64,000 nt of DNA from a virus. The DNA lies in the IMG/VR virus record IMGVR_UViG_3300028388_003025, positions 1-64,000 of that record, one strand, 5' to 3'. Numbering within the stretch: the stretch's first letter is position 1; the number at the start of each line of letters is the position of its first letter. Both the position numbers and the translations under genes were made by a program. Under the pieces are notes generated by a model. It was not told the origin of the DNA and made no database searches. It worked only from the letters and a program-made list of their open reading frames with translations. This document shows, in pieces, positions 18,200-28,741 of this stretch.

Positions 18200-19296
18200 T
18201 GACTCAGGGGGGCGCTAAAGACAAACATACGGACTTAGCCAAGAAAGATGAGCTAGACCTAGCTGCATTGTTCGTTAGTAACAGAACAATTGCTGAAGGA
18301 CCTTATGGATCTGCAAGAGGATCCGATTGGCCTGACTATTGGTGGTATTCAGTTCTTTCATTAGAGAATTCTTTAGAGCGGAAGATATGTGGAGCTAGAA
18401 TCACTAATGGCGATGTATGTTTAGAAGATCCTGGCGATAATGATAGATGTGCCGAACATGAGCACTTCACATTCCATGCACCTAATCCTGATGGAGCCTA
18501 TTCCCTAGATGCTGCAAAGAACTTCCTTATAAGTAGGATATCTCATTCCTTTGTAAAGAAATGCAGTAGCGCGTGCGTGATGATAGGCGAATGCCAGAAT
18601 CCTCCTAAGGGAGAGCCATGCTTTAGAGAATTAGATGTTTACAACAATATAATACTGCATAAGCTTGCAGACAGTGTTAAGGTTGGCATACCGTTAACCT
18701 TTACTCAACTGATAGGATTAAGGCGATCAGCTATCAACGAGATCCAGATGTTGCGTAACGACGAGTTAATTGCAAGAGAAGGCACTACTGTTCGGCTAGA
18801 GAAACTAAAAGAGACAAGGTATGGTACAGAGTCTGAAGAGACGTACATTGTTAATCCAGCCTTGATGGCTAACACATATTTAAACAAAGAGAACAAGGAC
18901 TTGATGAGAGAGTCCCTAATGACGTCGAAGGTACAACATGAGAGTAAGATCGCAGAGAAGAACGCAGAATCCAAGAAACTCAATGCTGCTTCTAAAGAAA
19001 AGGCTGCAGACATACTTGAACATGTATTAAAGGAAGTTAATGACATGCCTGCGCAGATTCCAGGCGTTGGCTCGATGGATGAGGTATTAGCTGCGCATGC
19101 TAACTCGAATGCCAAGGTTACCGACGATCATCTCAACGAAGAGAAGAAGACGATTGATATAGAGCCCGAGCAGAGTCCAGGCGAGTCGGTCGCTGTTGAA
19201 GGGCAGGTTGTAGTAGATGAAGACAACAACCCTTCTGTAATAGATGAAGAAGGAAACTTGAGACCATTGCCAGGCAGAGCGGAAGCGGAGATATAA
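18199..19296 (+). CDS. Putative terminase small subunit
   Basis: Upstream of TerL; CGAR...C...RCxxH zinc segment and VNPAL helix like P27-type TerS. Confidence 0.55.
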   Translation: MTQGGAKDKHTDLAKKDELDLAALFVSNRTIAEGPYGSARGSDWPDYWWYSVLSLENSLERKICGARITNGDVCLEDPGDNDRCAEHEHFTFHAPNPDGAYSLDAAKNFLISRISHSFVKKCSSACVMIGECQNPPKGEPCFRELDVYNNIILHKLADSVKVGIPLTFTQLIGLRRSAINEIQMLRNDELIAREGTTVRLEKLKETRYGTESEETYIVNPALMANTYLNKENKDLMRESLMTSKVQHESKIAEKNAESKKLNAASKEKAADILEHVLKEVNDMPAQIPGVGSMDEVLAAHANSNAKVTDDHLNEEKKTIDIEPEQSPGESVAVEGQVVVDEDNNPSVIDEEGNLRPLPGRAEAEI

Positions 19297-19764
19297 GTGG
19301 CCGTGACAATTGCGATAACTGAGAATAGCAAGTATACAGTAGATACTGCATCATCTTCCGAGATTATGCCGCGACTCCGCCGTGACTCAGTATGTGTTGA
19401 GTGTCCGAGGAAATTCGAATGCCTTATGGGTGAAAACCAAAAGGAACCTATAACGTTGCTAGGTGATAGCGAATGCTTCCACAGAATGGTAGCCGACAGG
19501 ATTGCGTCGATCTATGATGCTGGCGAGACCATTATTTATAGTCTAGAGGTATCATTCGACAGGTTACTTAGCGATAAGCGCAAGGACAATGGATTGTCTG
19601 TATGTGTAAAGATCGTGAGCAGCAAAGACAAGCTTAACCTGTGCATTGAGGCAGTTTTCGGATATGACATCATTATAAGACAAGAACTCATGGATAAAGT
19701 AATTATGACTCATAACACGTTCGGCTATACCTCATCAGAGTTTGTAACTAAGGTAGAGCGCTAA
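19297..19764 (+). CDS. Hypothetical protein with Cx2Cx5C motif
   Basis: CVECPRKFECLM. Confidence 0.7.
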   Translation: MAVTIAITENSKYTVDTASSSEIMPRLRRDSVCVECPRKFECLMGENQKEPITLLGDSECFHRMVADRIASIYDAGETIIYSLEVSFDRLLSDKRKDNGLSVCVKIVSSKDKLNLCIEAVFGYDIIIRQELMDKVIMTHNTFGYTSSEFVTKVER

Positions 19765-21546
19765 ATGGTTTTAGAAGTAGACAATTATAAGCTAGAGTAC
19801 GAGGGAAATAAACTTTATCTCCCTCTTACCGACTTATTAAAGAACGAACCTCACCAGACGGAGCCATATCATCCTCAAGGTATATATATAAGAAACAAGA
19901 TGGTCAGGAAGATAACTGACCGTACCGATCTTGACCAGGCGGGCAAAGATTCCCTATTAAGGAAGTTAGACAAGCGAGTATTTACATACGACCACTTCAG
20001 GACAGACACTGGCGAACGGATGGAGCTTCGACCTTATCAGGTAGGGCTAGCAAATACATGGGCACCTAACATAGCGAACCAATCAAGTCGATCAGTAGGT
20101 AAATCAACTTTAATCGAAGTTGAGGCACTATGGGGCGCGGAAGTATTCCCGGGGTTCCAGACATTGATAGCAACTCAGGGTGAGTCGCAGCTATATCCTA
20201 TTATGGAGCGTATTATATATAGAATAAACAATGATCCATACTTAAAGTCTCAATTGGCAAAGAAGCCGGTACGTAATCCTAAGTATCACATAGTATTCAA
20301 GAACGGTCACCAGATATGGGGATCTATCGCTGGGCCAGACGGAACAAACTTTAACGGGCTTCATGTTCACAGGATATTGGTTGATGAATCGCAGATCATG
20401 ACGAAGAAGGCATGGACTGAGTTATGGCGTTGTCGAAACATGGGATCGTTAACTTCAATTAGAATTATGGGCGTGCCTAACGGATTACGGGACAGAAAGT
20501 TCTTTGACCTTACTAACGACCGCAAACATTGGGAGTGGTTTCATTTTACTCAGTGCATGTTACCTGAATCTAACTTCAATGAAGTAATTAGTGGTGCGAA
20601 GGAATATTCCGACATCGGCTACCCTGACTTTAACAATCCTGATTTCCTTCAGCAGTTTCTTGGATTGCATGCGGTACCTAGTAGAACTGGTATTGATTTC
20701 GATGCATACCTTAAAACAATAAAAGAATATGCTTTCTATCAGATCATTGATATACCTAGGTCAGTATTCCCAGAGATCATAACTGAAGACCCAGAACCGA
20801 TTGCAAGATCGTTCATGGACTTTGCTGGCGATCAGGTAAAGGAGATCGACCATTTTATTAAAGACGAAGGGGTTAGCAAGATATTTGCTGGGGCTGACCT
20901 TGGTTATGCATCCGACCCTACAGAAGTAGTATTATTTTACGAAGACCCTGCTAATAACAATAAGTTAACTGCGATGTGTAGATTCCACTTCGAACGTATT
21001 GATTATCCAATCCAGTGTGCATTACTAGAATTTTTATTCAATCGCTACCCGATAGTTCGAATGGGCATCGACCTTGGTAACAATGGTCTTGCTGTCCATC
21101 AATTCATGATGGCTAAGTCGTCAAAGTATTCCGAGCGGCTGCGAGGCTTCTTCGCCAACCAGAAGATACTAGTTGGGTACACTGCCGACGATCATGAACA
21201 GATAAGGCAGATGAAAGAGTTTACTACATCAAAGATAAACTCACTTTGCATATCTGATTCAATTACATACAAGCGAGACAAGTTCCGTACCGATCAATAC
21301 TCTAATGTAGTATATAGAATAACATCTGCAGGTAACACTGTATTTCCAAAGGGTAATGATCACATCCTTGATGCCGACAGGTGTATGGTAGCGGCATGGC
21401 ACTTATATAGAGAACGCTTAGAAGAGGGTGGTGGTGAAGGAGCGCTTGATCAAAATTTCATTGCATCATTAAAGACGAAGTCACATTTATCTAACAATCC
21501 ATCTGGAAGTAAGATTGCAGGTGTTGGGATATTGCCATCAGTTTAG
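19765..21546 (+). CDS. terL: Terminase large subunit
   Basis: LRPYQ, Walker A SRSVGKS, Walker B ILVDE, nuclease GADLG and DHILDA. Confidence 0.92.
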   Translation: MVLEVDNYKLEYEGNKLYLPLTDLLKNEPHQTEPYHPQGIYIRNKMVRKITDRTDLDQAGKDSLLRKLDKRVFTYDHFRTDTGERMELRPYQVGLANTWAPNIANQSSRSVGKSTLIEVEALWGAEVFPGFQTLIATQGESQLYPIMERIIYRINNDPYLKSQLAKKPVRNPKYHIVFKNGHQIWGSIAGPDGTNFNGLHVHRILVDESQIMTKKAWTELWRCRNMGSLTSIRIMGVPNGLRDRKFFDLTNDRKHWEWFHFTQCMLPESNFNEVISGAKEYSDIGYPDFNNPDFLQQFLGLHAVPSRTGIDFDAYLKTIKEYAFYQIIDIPRSVFPEIITEDPEPIARSFMDFAGDQVKEIDHFIKDEGVSKIFAGADLGYASDPTEVVLFYEDPANNNKLTAMCRFHFERIDYPIQCALLEFLFNRYPIVRMGIDLGNNGLAVHQFMMAKSSKYSERLRGFFANQKILVGYTADDHEQIRQMKEFTTSKINSLCISDSITYKRDKFRTDQYSNVVYRITSAGNTVFPKGNDHILDADRCMVAAWHLYRERLEEGGGEGALDQNFIASLKTKSHLSNNPSGSKIAGVGILPSV

Positions 21547-21590
21547 ATTGAATTGGTGATTGATTTATTATATGATAGAGGGAGCGAAAA

Positions 21591-21797
21591 ATGAATAACA
21601 AGAAAATAAAGCAGAGGCCGGTAACGTCTCCGCCTCCAAAGGAGAATAAAATATTTTTAAGCAAGGCGCAAGCCGAACTTTTAAAATTCATGGAGGAAAA
21701 GCTTTATGGCAAGTTGACTCTAGTAATAGAGAAGGGCGAGCCGAAAAGAATATTGAACGCCGAGTATTCGATAAAACTAAGGAATAGTAGTATATAA
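21591..21797 (+). CDS. Small protein, DUF2292/YezD-like
   Basis: YGKLTLVIEKGEPKRI pattern; GGGAG RBS. Confidence 0.6.
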   Translation: MNNKKIKQRPVTSPPPKENKIFLSKAQAELLKFMEEKLYGKLTLVIEKGEPKRILNAEYSIKLRNSSI

Positions 21798-21798
21798 T

Positions 21799-21963
21799 AT
21801 GGCACAACAAGAAGAGTTAGTATTTATTTCGGACAGGCAGCTTGGCCTATTAAAATTTATTGAAGCCTTCGATGCCGACAGTGGAGCTATCGAAATTAGT
21901 TTTGAGAATGGCGACCCAGTTATAATCTCTATGGCAGAGAAGGAAGAGAAGGTACTTAGTTAA
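21799..21963 (+). CDS. Small paralog of preceding gene (54 aa)
   Basis: Manual translation MAQQEELVFISDRQLGLLKFIE...GAIEISFENGDPVII; TAATG overlap with portal. Confidence 0.65.
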   Translation: MAQQEELVFISDRQLGLLKFIEAFDADSGAIEISFENGDPVIISMAEKEEKVLS

Positions 21964-23636
21964 TGTTTGAAGAAATAAGAAAGACTTTCAAGCCTGGTGG
22001 TTTTAATAATTTTGGGAAGCCCACCAAGGCACCAAACCCTAGACTGCCATATAGCCAAGTAAACAAGAAGCCATCTTTACTGGATAAGATAAAGAAGGTA
22101 AGACCAAAAGAAGTTACTGAACCTGATTATATAGTAGGCAAAGGCAAGATCAATGGCATAAGACCAAAGTCACATGCAACTGACCCTGGCCTTGATGCAT
22201 TAAAACAAAAAGAGACATTATACTTCCCAACCTTCGAAGATAGTATATACACATTAACAAAAGCGAAGGCAAAGCTTTATCGCTTCATGCGAGACACTAT
22301 TCCTGATATTGATGCAGGTATCTGGGCATGGACTAGAATTTGTGACACAAAAAGAAAATTAATTATAAATGGCGGGACTGACATTCAAAAGGCTAAGGCT
22401 CTTGAGATTGTCAACATGTTGGATGAACGTTTATATGAACATGACTTCGTTAAGGCATCTGGTTTTGATTTATTATCAGGCCGTGCATTCATGGATATGT
22501 TCACTACTGGATCATCAGCTGGTGAGGTATGGATTGGCAATGGTGGTAGACAAGTTAACAAATTCCTGACAGTACCACCTGAGAGTATAAGATTTAAAAG
22601 AAAGAACAGAGTTGAAGTTGAAGCGTACCAATATTGGGAGTCTTCAAACAAACTTGCGAAGTTAAATAAGAATACCTTCATATATATGCCACTCAATCTA
22701 GAGAGTGCAGAGCTTTATGGTAAATCAATGTTAACTTCTATTCCATTCGTTTCATTAATACAAAATCAATTAATGAGAGACATGTCTGCAGCAATGCACA
22801 ATGCTGGCTACACAAAGTATCACTATTCAATGACTCCACCTCCAAAGTTGGCTGGCGAGTCAAAGGACGCATACACACAAAGAATCTCTAGCCAGTTCAA
22901 TGAATTCATTATGCAAATGACTAAACTGAATCCAGAAGACAACATTGCTACTTATGACAACATAGACGTAAAGGTTCCTAGCGGAAGCGGTGGCGGTGGC
23001 GGCAGCGCAGTAGTCTGGTATGATTCGTATAAAGCGGTAGAGGAACAGATCATATCTGGGTTAAAGCTTGCGCCATTCATGATTGGTAGAAACTATGACA
23101 CCACCGGCGAATTTGGTACAGCACAGTATGATTTAATTTTAAGAAACGCAACTGCAGTTCAAAGAATAGTTGGAAACATGCTTGCCTGGTTAGCAAACTT
23201 AGAGCTAGCAATGAAAGGTTCTCCATGCCGAGTCCAGATTGAGTATGACAACACTCGTACGGTTGGTGCGCTGTTAGAATCACAAGCTGAGCTAATGAGA
23301 ACAAAAGCTACTATAATAAAGCGTAATGAAGGAATCTTATCTCAGAAAGAAACTGCCGAGGAGTTAGGCTATGATCAATACGATCATGATGGACCTAACC
23401 CTAAATTTATGAACTCGCAAATATCAGTTGACCAAGTGGGAGACACAATGCCTACTAATGGCCAGGCTTCGCTAGACAATATGTCTGAGCAAGAGATATT
23501 AAGATTAACTGATCGTGACATATTGGATATGAATTTAGATGCAAAGACGATTCGTGAGATTAGACTATTCAAAAGAGATGAGGCTAGCAAAAAACATAGA
23601 CACATCGAAGAGACTCACGATATTGATTTTGGCTAA
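21963..23636 (+). CDS. Portal protein
   Basis: Between TerL and protease; size; LYGKSML and IISGLKLAPFMIG portal-like segments. Confidence 0.82.
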   Translation: MFEEIRKTFKPGGFNNFGKPTKAPNPRLPYSQVNKKPSLLDKIKKVRPKEVTEPDYIVGKGKINGIRPKSHATDPGLDALKQKETLYFPTFEDSIYTLTKAKAKLYRFMRDTIPDIDAGIWAWTRICDTKRKLIINGGTDIQKAKALEIVNMLDERLYEHDFVKASGFDLLSGRAFMDMFTTGSSAGEVWIGNGGRQVNKFLTVPPESIRFKRKNRVEVEAYQYWESSNKLAKLNKNTFIYMPLNLESAELYGKSMLTSIPFVSLIQNQLMRDMSAAMHNAGYTKYHYSMTPPPKLAGESKDAYTQRISSQFNEFIMQMTKLNPEDNIATYDNIDVKVPSGSGGGGGSAVVWYDSYKAVEEQIISGLKLAPFMIGRNYDTTGEFGTAQYDLILRNATAVQRIVGNMLAWLANLELAMKGSPCRVQIEYDNTRTVGALLESQAELMRTKATIIKRNEGILSQKETAEELGYDQYDHDGPNPKFMNSQISVDQVGDTMPTNGQASLDNMSEQEILRLTDRDILDMNLDAKTIREIRLFKRDEASKKHRHIEETHDIDFG

Positions 23637-23719
23637 TTTGTTATGTTATACTTTAACATATCCGAGAAGAGCGAGCGGCCTTCCGAGATACCAAATATAA
23701 AAATGGAGGTCCGCGCTTA

Positions 23720-26461
23720 ATGGATATTAAAAACATAACCGAGCTTGTTGCACAGCGCAATGACATTTCTCTTGATCAAAAGTTTAGACAGAAGGCAGAC
23801 GAAGGTGACCTTTCACTAATAAAACAATTCGCACTAGATCAGGAGATCACAACGGAAGATGTACATGTTCGTGCAATGTACTTATGTAACGACTTAGTCG
23901 ATTACTACTTTACTAGATTTGACGAAGCAGACTTGGATGCGATAGCAGAAATGCTACCTGGCCAGTCAGTTATTGTTGGACACAAGAGAGAGATGGCACC
24001 TATTGCTAGATTTTATAAAGCAGAGAAGGTAGTTCGTACTGATAAGAAATTCATTAACGAAGAGACTGGCGAAGATGTTCGTTGGATCAAAGCTTACTTC
24101 TATTGGCCAACTGGTGTAGAAGGTTCTGAAGATATGAGAAAGAAAATTGATACAGGTGTATGGAAAGAGATTTCTATATCATGGTCATATAAAAGATGCG
24201 TATGTTCTATCTGTGGCAAAGACATGTTACAAGGAATGGCTGCACTATTTGCTGACGAAGATGAAGATGTTTGTAAGCACAGACTTGGAAAACAATACGA
24301 AGGCAAACTTTGCTACGGTACTGTAAAAGATATTACAAAAGTATTGGAAGGATCTGTTGTATTTAAAGGCGGACAAAAATTTACTGAATTAGCTTTCGTA
24401 AGATCTGCTGATGGACAAGAAGTTAATATAGAAGATGCTGATCCTGAAGTAAGAGATCTAGCTAATGGTACAATGGAATTCTATAAACAAAGAATACTAG
24501 GCGCAAATCCTGATGGCGAACCAGCAAAGAATGAATTCAGACATATGGCAAGAGCTTTAGAAGAAGCTAAAGTATCTAGCCCAGTATGGTACAACAAAGA
24601 AATGAAAAGATTCTTCTGCGCAGAGTCAGACAGAGATATTGTTTCTTCTATAGTAGAAGGCGCAAGATTTGTTGAAGGTGTTTCTGAAACACAGGACTTC
24701 ATGCGTGGCGAGTCCGAGGGAATCGTATCCTGCTTGGCTGCTCCTGTGGATAAGCAGCCTGGCATCTATTTCAAACCAACTAAGCCTCATCGTAGATATG
24801 ACGAGTCAAATGAATACTACAAGGCCGACAGATTAAGAGAGCTAGTTGGCTCTTATATGTTGTCGCCAAAGTATGATGGTATTCGTCTTACTGTTCATAA
24901 ATCTGAGAACGGCGAGATCAGAATGTTTACTATGGGTGGCATGGAAGTTGCTCGCAAATTCCCAGCCATAGTAGAGCAAGTTAGAGGTTTTGATCCAAAG
25001 ACTTTAATCCTTGACGGTGAATTAGTTAGAATTAATAAAAACAAAAGAACAACTCATGCAGATGTTTCTTCATATATAAACAATCCTAACTCAGACATTG
25101 ATCACAGAACATTTACATTCAAAGCTTTTGATATGGTATATCTAAATGGTGAAGATGTTTCTGAGAAACCATTATCTGAAAGAGTTCATTTATTAAACTC
25201 TAATATTCAGACTACTGCAAATGTTAATAGAGTAGCTAACATGACTGCTCAAAGCGGTGAAGAAGTTGTTAGCATGATTGACCAAGTATCTTCTAGAGAA
25301 GGTGCTGTGATAAAAAAATCCGACGCGGCTTACGCAGAGGCTCGAACTTGGTATAAATGGAAGCGTCAAGCAGAATTTACTGCAAGAGTTTCTAAAGTTA
25401 ACAAGGTAGATTCTAGCAGATTTACATATAATATTTCTGTACTAGACGAGAAGGATAATTTGGTTGAAGTTGGCAGGACTTATCAGACTGGTGTTGAGGC
25501 AGAAGAAGGCGACAATATCAGAATGTCAGTTGCTTACATTAAAAAGAATGAAGATGGCTCATTAATGATTTCTGAGCCTAACGTAGTTTGCAAAATGTTT
25601 GAATCAATCGAGCCAGATTCTATGATTACTATAGAAAGAATCATGGAAGAGTATGACGAAGATCGTCAAGGCAAGATGAAGAAATGCCCTAAGTGTGGGA
25701 TTTCTGTTGCTGCAGATGCTAAGGTTTGTCCTAAGTGTGGATATAAATTCACTGAAGACACTGGTAAGACTGATAAGAAAACAGATGAGCCTAAGGAAGA
25801 ATCAGATGATTCTAAATCTATAGTTGATGACCCTAACAAAACAACTTATAGAATAGAACACCATTGGGATTCTGCAGAGCAATTCAGAATTCTTGAAATT
25901 AATAAAGAAGGAAGATATTTCAACGTCGTTATCCAAGGGGGGATCAACGACGATTTAAGCAAACGTTCAATGAAGCGTGTTGATTTACATGTTGACCTAT
26001 CTATTGATGATAACAGAAAAATCAAAACGAAAGAAAGACAGGACCTACCTGATAGAGCGTTTGCACTAGTATATATGAAGGATGGACAGAAGGTTCGTAA
26101 GCTTCCGTTACATAATAGCAAAGTTTCTTCTGGACATACCTGGACAGGCGAAGATGTTGAGAGAGCGCAGGTATCTTCTGCAGCTCAGTTGATCTCAAAG
26201 ATTAAAGATGCACCAGATGCCAAGATAAGAATGGCTAAGAAGCATATCGATAAACATCTTGAAGCCTTGAATGAAGAAGGTATAGAAACGAAGAAGCGAG
26301 AAATATGTAATGGAGAAGCCAAGGTCGAGGTCTTGACAACCGGCGAGATCCGTGTAGAATTAATTAACACTAAACGTTCAGGCATTACAGAGAGATTTCT
26401 CCTGCAGCCTGTACGAATCAATGGCAAAATTGATTACTACTACAAGGCTATCCAAAGCTAA
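23720..26461 (+). CDS. Prohead protease fused to ATP-dependent DNA ligase domain, zinc ribbon and C-terminal domain
   Basis: N-terminal VGH...EISISW..CSICG..LEGSVV; ligase motifs KYDG, LDGEL, AFD, EGAVIK, WYKWK; CPKCG x2. Confidence 0.85.
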   Translation: MDIKNITELVAQRNDISLDQKFRQKADEGDLSLIKQFALDQEITTEDVHVRAMYLCNDLVDYYFTRFDEADLDAIAEMLPGQSVIVGHKREMAPIARFYKAEKVVRTDKKFINEETGEDVRWIKAYFYWPTGVEGSEDMRKKIDTGVWKEISISWSYKRCVCSICGKDMLQGMAALFADEDEDVCKHRLGKQYEGKLCYGTVKDITKVLEGSVVFKGGQKFTELAFVRSADGQEVNIEDADPEVRDLANGTMEFYKQRILGANPDGEPAKNEFRHMARALEEAKVSSPVWYNKEMKRFFCAESDRDIVSSIVEGARFVEGVSETQDFMRGESEGIVSCLAAPVDKQPGIYFKPTKPHRRYDESNEYYKADRLRELVGSYMLSPKYDGIRLTVHKSENGEIRMFTMGGMEVARKFPAIVEQVRGFDPKTLILDGELVRINKNKRTTHADVSSYINNPNSDIDHRTFTFKAFDMVYLNGEDVSEKPLSERVHLLNSNIQTTANVNRVANMTAQSGEEVVSMIDQVSSREGAVIKKSDAAYAEARTWYKWKRQAEFTARVSKVNKVDSSRFTYNISVLDEKDNLVEVGRTYQTGVEAEEGDNIRMSVAYIKKNEDGSLMISEPNVVCKMFESIEPDSMITIERIMEEYDEDRQGKMKKCPKCGISVAADAKVCPKCGYKFTEDTGKTDKKTDEPKEESDDSKSIVDDPNKTTYRIEHHWDSAEQFRILEINKEGRYFNVVIQGGINDDLSKRSMKRVDLHVDLSIDDNRKIKTKERQDLPDRAFALVYMKDGQKVRKLPLHNSKVSSGHTWTGEDVERAQVSSAAQLISKIKDAPDAKIRMAKKHIDKHLEALNEEGIETKKREICNGEAKVEVLTTGEIRVELINTKRSGITERFLLQPVRINGKIDYYYKAIQS

Positions 26462-26491
26462 TATTAATATCCGTAAGAGAGGAGAATGTAA

Positions 26492-27115
26492 ATGAAAGAA
26501 GAAATGGAAAAGAGAATTAACGAAGCAGAAGCTTTATCTGAATCATTGCTTGAAACTTCTGATAAAGAGTTTAAGCGTGAAGATGGCGAATTAGATATCG
26601 ACATCGCAACAGAAAGAGTTGCTGAAGGTTCTAGAGTTATTGGAGAACTTGTTGAAGCTGTTCGCACATTGGACGCTGAGGCAGAAGAGGTTCGAAAAGA
26701 GCTTGAAGAATTAAAGCCTAAATCAGAGGCTGCTCAAGAATTGGTTCGTTCTGCACAGAATGAAACAAGAAGATTGTTGGGTGTTGTTGCTACTACAAGA
26801 AACGATGAGGATTCTAAAGCTAAGCTTGAAGATTTCAATAAGCGTGTTGAAGAAGGTAGCATTGAAGTATCTGAGGTTCTTGAACTTCAGAAGGCTGCTC
26901 GTGTTGAATATTATGACATGTTCCCACCTGCAGTAGTTACTCGTGCATTCAATCCTGATGCGTGTCCAGAATGTGGCACCGAAAGAGCTGACGGCATTGA
27001 AGAATGTAAAGAGTGTGGATTGAAATTCGAAACTGAAGAGTCTGAAGAATCTAAAGCTGACAAAAAAGAGTCTGCTGAAAGATCTTTAAACATCGATAGT
27101 TTCAAAGTTAAATAA
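26492..27115 (+). CDS. Putative capsid scaffolding protein with zinc ribbon
   Basis: Acidic coiled coil; CPECG..CKECG; position. Confidence 0.65.
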   Translation: MKEEMEKRINEAEALSESLLETSDKEFKREDGELDIDIATERVAEGSRVIGELVEAVRTLDAEAEEVRKELEELKPKSEAAQELVRSAQNETRRLLGVVATTRNDEDSKAKLEDFNKRVEEGSIEVSEVLELQKAARVEYYDMFPPAVVTRAFNPDACPECGTERADGIEECKECGLKFETEESEESKADKKESAERSLNIDSFKVK

Positions 27116-27129
27116 AGGAGGAAAACAAA

Positions 27130-27573
27130 ATGGTTGGAATTAATGAATTTGATTTAGATAAAGCACAAGCAGATCACGTTGCTTACTTTTGCGCTAATAC
27201 TGGTTTGACAGCTGCAGACGTTGGTAAACCTGCTAAGCTTGAGGCAGTGACTGCTGCTGGGGTTACAAAGGGGCTTTTCAATATTGCTGGAGATGGCGAA
27301 GCTATCTACGGTAAAATCACTGTTATCAACGTTCTTAAGAACGATTGGAACTCTGGATCTAATGCTAGCGTTGCAAACGATGGTATTACTGTTCAGAACA
27401 AAGGGTTTGCTACATTTGAATATGATGCTACTGGAGTTGCCTTAGCTATTGGTGAAAGTATTGTTGGAGACGCTGCTGGTAAAGTGCAAGGCGCTGGAGC
27501 AGTTGGACCACATATCGTTCACGAGATTGATACAAACAACGAAACTTGTGTCGTTGAATTAAACGCTGGATAA
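27130..27573 (+). CDS. Head decoration/cement protein
   Basis: Small Gly/Ala-rich beta protein just before the major capsid gene. Confidence 0.65.
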   Translation: MVGINEFDLDKAQADHVAYFCANTGLTAADVGKPAKLEAVTAAGVTKGLFNIAGDGEAIYGKITVINVLKNDWNSGSNASVANDGITVQNKGFATFEYDATGVALAIGESIVGDAAGKVQGAGAVGPHIVHEIDTNNETCVVELNAG

Positions 27574-27587
27574 AGGAGGAGAAACTA

Positions 27588-28670
27588 ATGAATACTAAAT
27601 ATTTGGAAAAGATTAAAGAATACATCGGAGCAGATGCATTCGATCTAGAACTAGGTAAAGACATTTACTCTAGAATAGGTTCTGTAGACGAGGAGTCTGG
27701 CCGCATGGTTGGATCTCTTTCTGATGCTCTAGAAATCATGGATCCTTCGGCTCCTGATTCTAAAGTAGACGCTTTTGAAAGACAGTTAATGAAGAGAGGT
27801 CTTATCGTAGATGGACCTAACGCTGTAACTGTTGAGCGTTTTTACTCAACTGAGGACAGTGCATTATTGTTCCCAGAGTATATCGACAGACAAGTTCGTA
27901 TCGGTATGCAAAACTATGGTCGTATTGATGATATCGTTGCGACAAGAACAAGAATCGATTCTGATTCTTACAAAGCTATTAGATTGGACCTAGCTTCTCA
28001 GGCTGACCAATTTAAGCTTAAGCGTGTTGGTGAGGCTTCACCTTTCCCAACTGCTACATTATCATTGAGCTCTAGCGACATTCATATTTATAAGTTTGGT
28101 CTTGAGCTTCAGTCTTCTTACGAGTCTATGAGACGTCGTAAAGTTAACACTCTTGATATTCACCTACAACAAATTGGTGCATACATGGCAGACTCTAAAT
28201 TTTCTGCAGCAGTTGATGTTGCGGTTAATGGTGACGGTAACAGTAATCCAATCGATACTGTTAACACTTCTACAACTGGTGTTCTTACTTATGAAGACTT
28301 AGTTGACTTCTGGTTTTCTATCACTCCATACGAGATGAACAAATGGTTAGCTCGTAAGGATGTATGTACAACTATCTTAACTCTACCTGAGTTTAAAGAT
28401 CCAATGGCTGGATTCACTTTCCAAAAGACTGGTGAATTGGTTACTCCATTCGGTGTACAACTTGTTCCTGATTTCACTGACACTGTTGATGCCAACAAAA
28501 TCATTGGTTACGACCAAAGAAACTTCATCGAAGAAGTTTATGAGCAAGACATGTTAACTGAATCAGAAAAAATCATCTCTCGTCAATTAGAGAAGATGGT
28601 AATGTCTGAAGTAGCTGGCTACGCTAAATTGTTTAACGAAGCCGGTAAGATGTTAGACATCGCTTGGTAG
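27588..28670 (+). CDS. Major capsid protein (HK97-fold)
   Basis: LFPEYI, RVGEASPFP, KFGLELQSSYE, AVNGDG; strong RBS; position. Confidence 0.88.
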   Translation: MNTKYLEKIKEYIGADAFDLELGKDIYSRIGSVDEESGRMVGSLSDALEIMDPSAPDSKVDAFERQLMKRGLIVDGPNAVTVERFYSTEDSALLFPEYIDRQVRIGMQNYGRIDDIVATRTRIDSDSYKAIRLDLASQADQFKLKRVGEASPFPTATLSLSSSDIHIYKFGLELQSSYESMRRRKVNTLDIHLQQIGAYMADSKFSAAVDVAVNGDGNSNPIDTVNTSTTGVLTYEDLVDFWFSITPYEMNKWLARKDVCTTILTLPEFKDPMAGFTFQKTGELVTPFGVQLVPDFTDTVDANKIIGYDQRNFIEEVYEQDMLTESEKIISRQLEKMVMSEVAGYAKLFNEAGKMLDIAW

Positions 28671-28699
28671 TCAGATACCTAGTTGATTAGATAACTCGT

Positions 28700-28727
28700 A
28701 GGGGGCCTGACTATGGGCCCCCTCTTA
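28700..28727 (+). terminator. Hairpin after capsid gene (weak terminator or mRNA stabiliser)
   Basis: AGGGGGCC-N8-GGCCCCCT, short U tract. Confidence 0.55.
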
Positions 28728-28741
28728 GTAAAGGAGGATTT

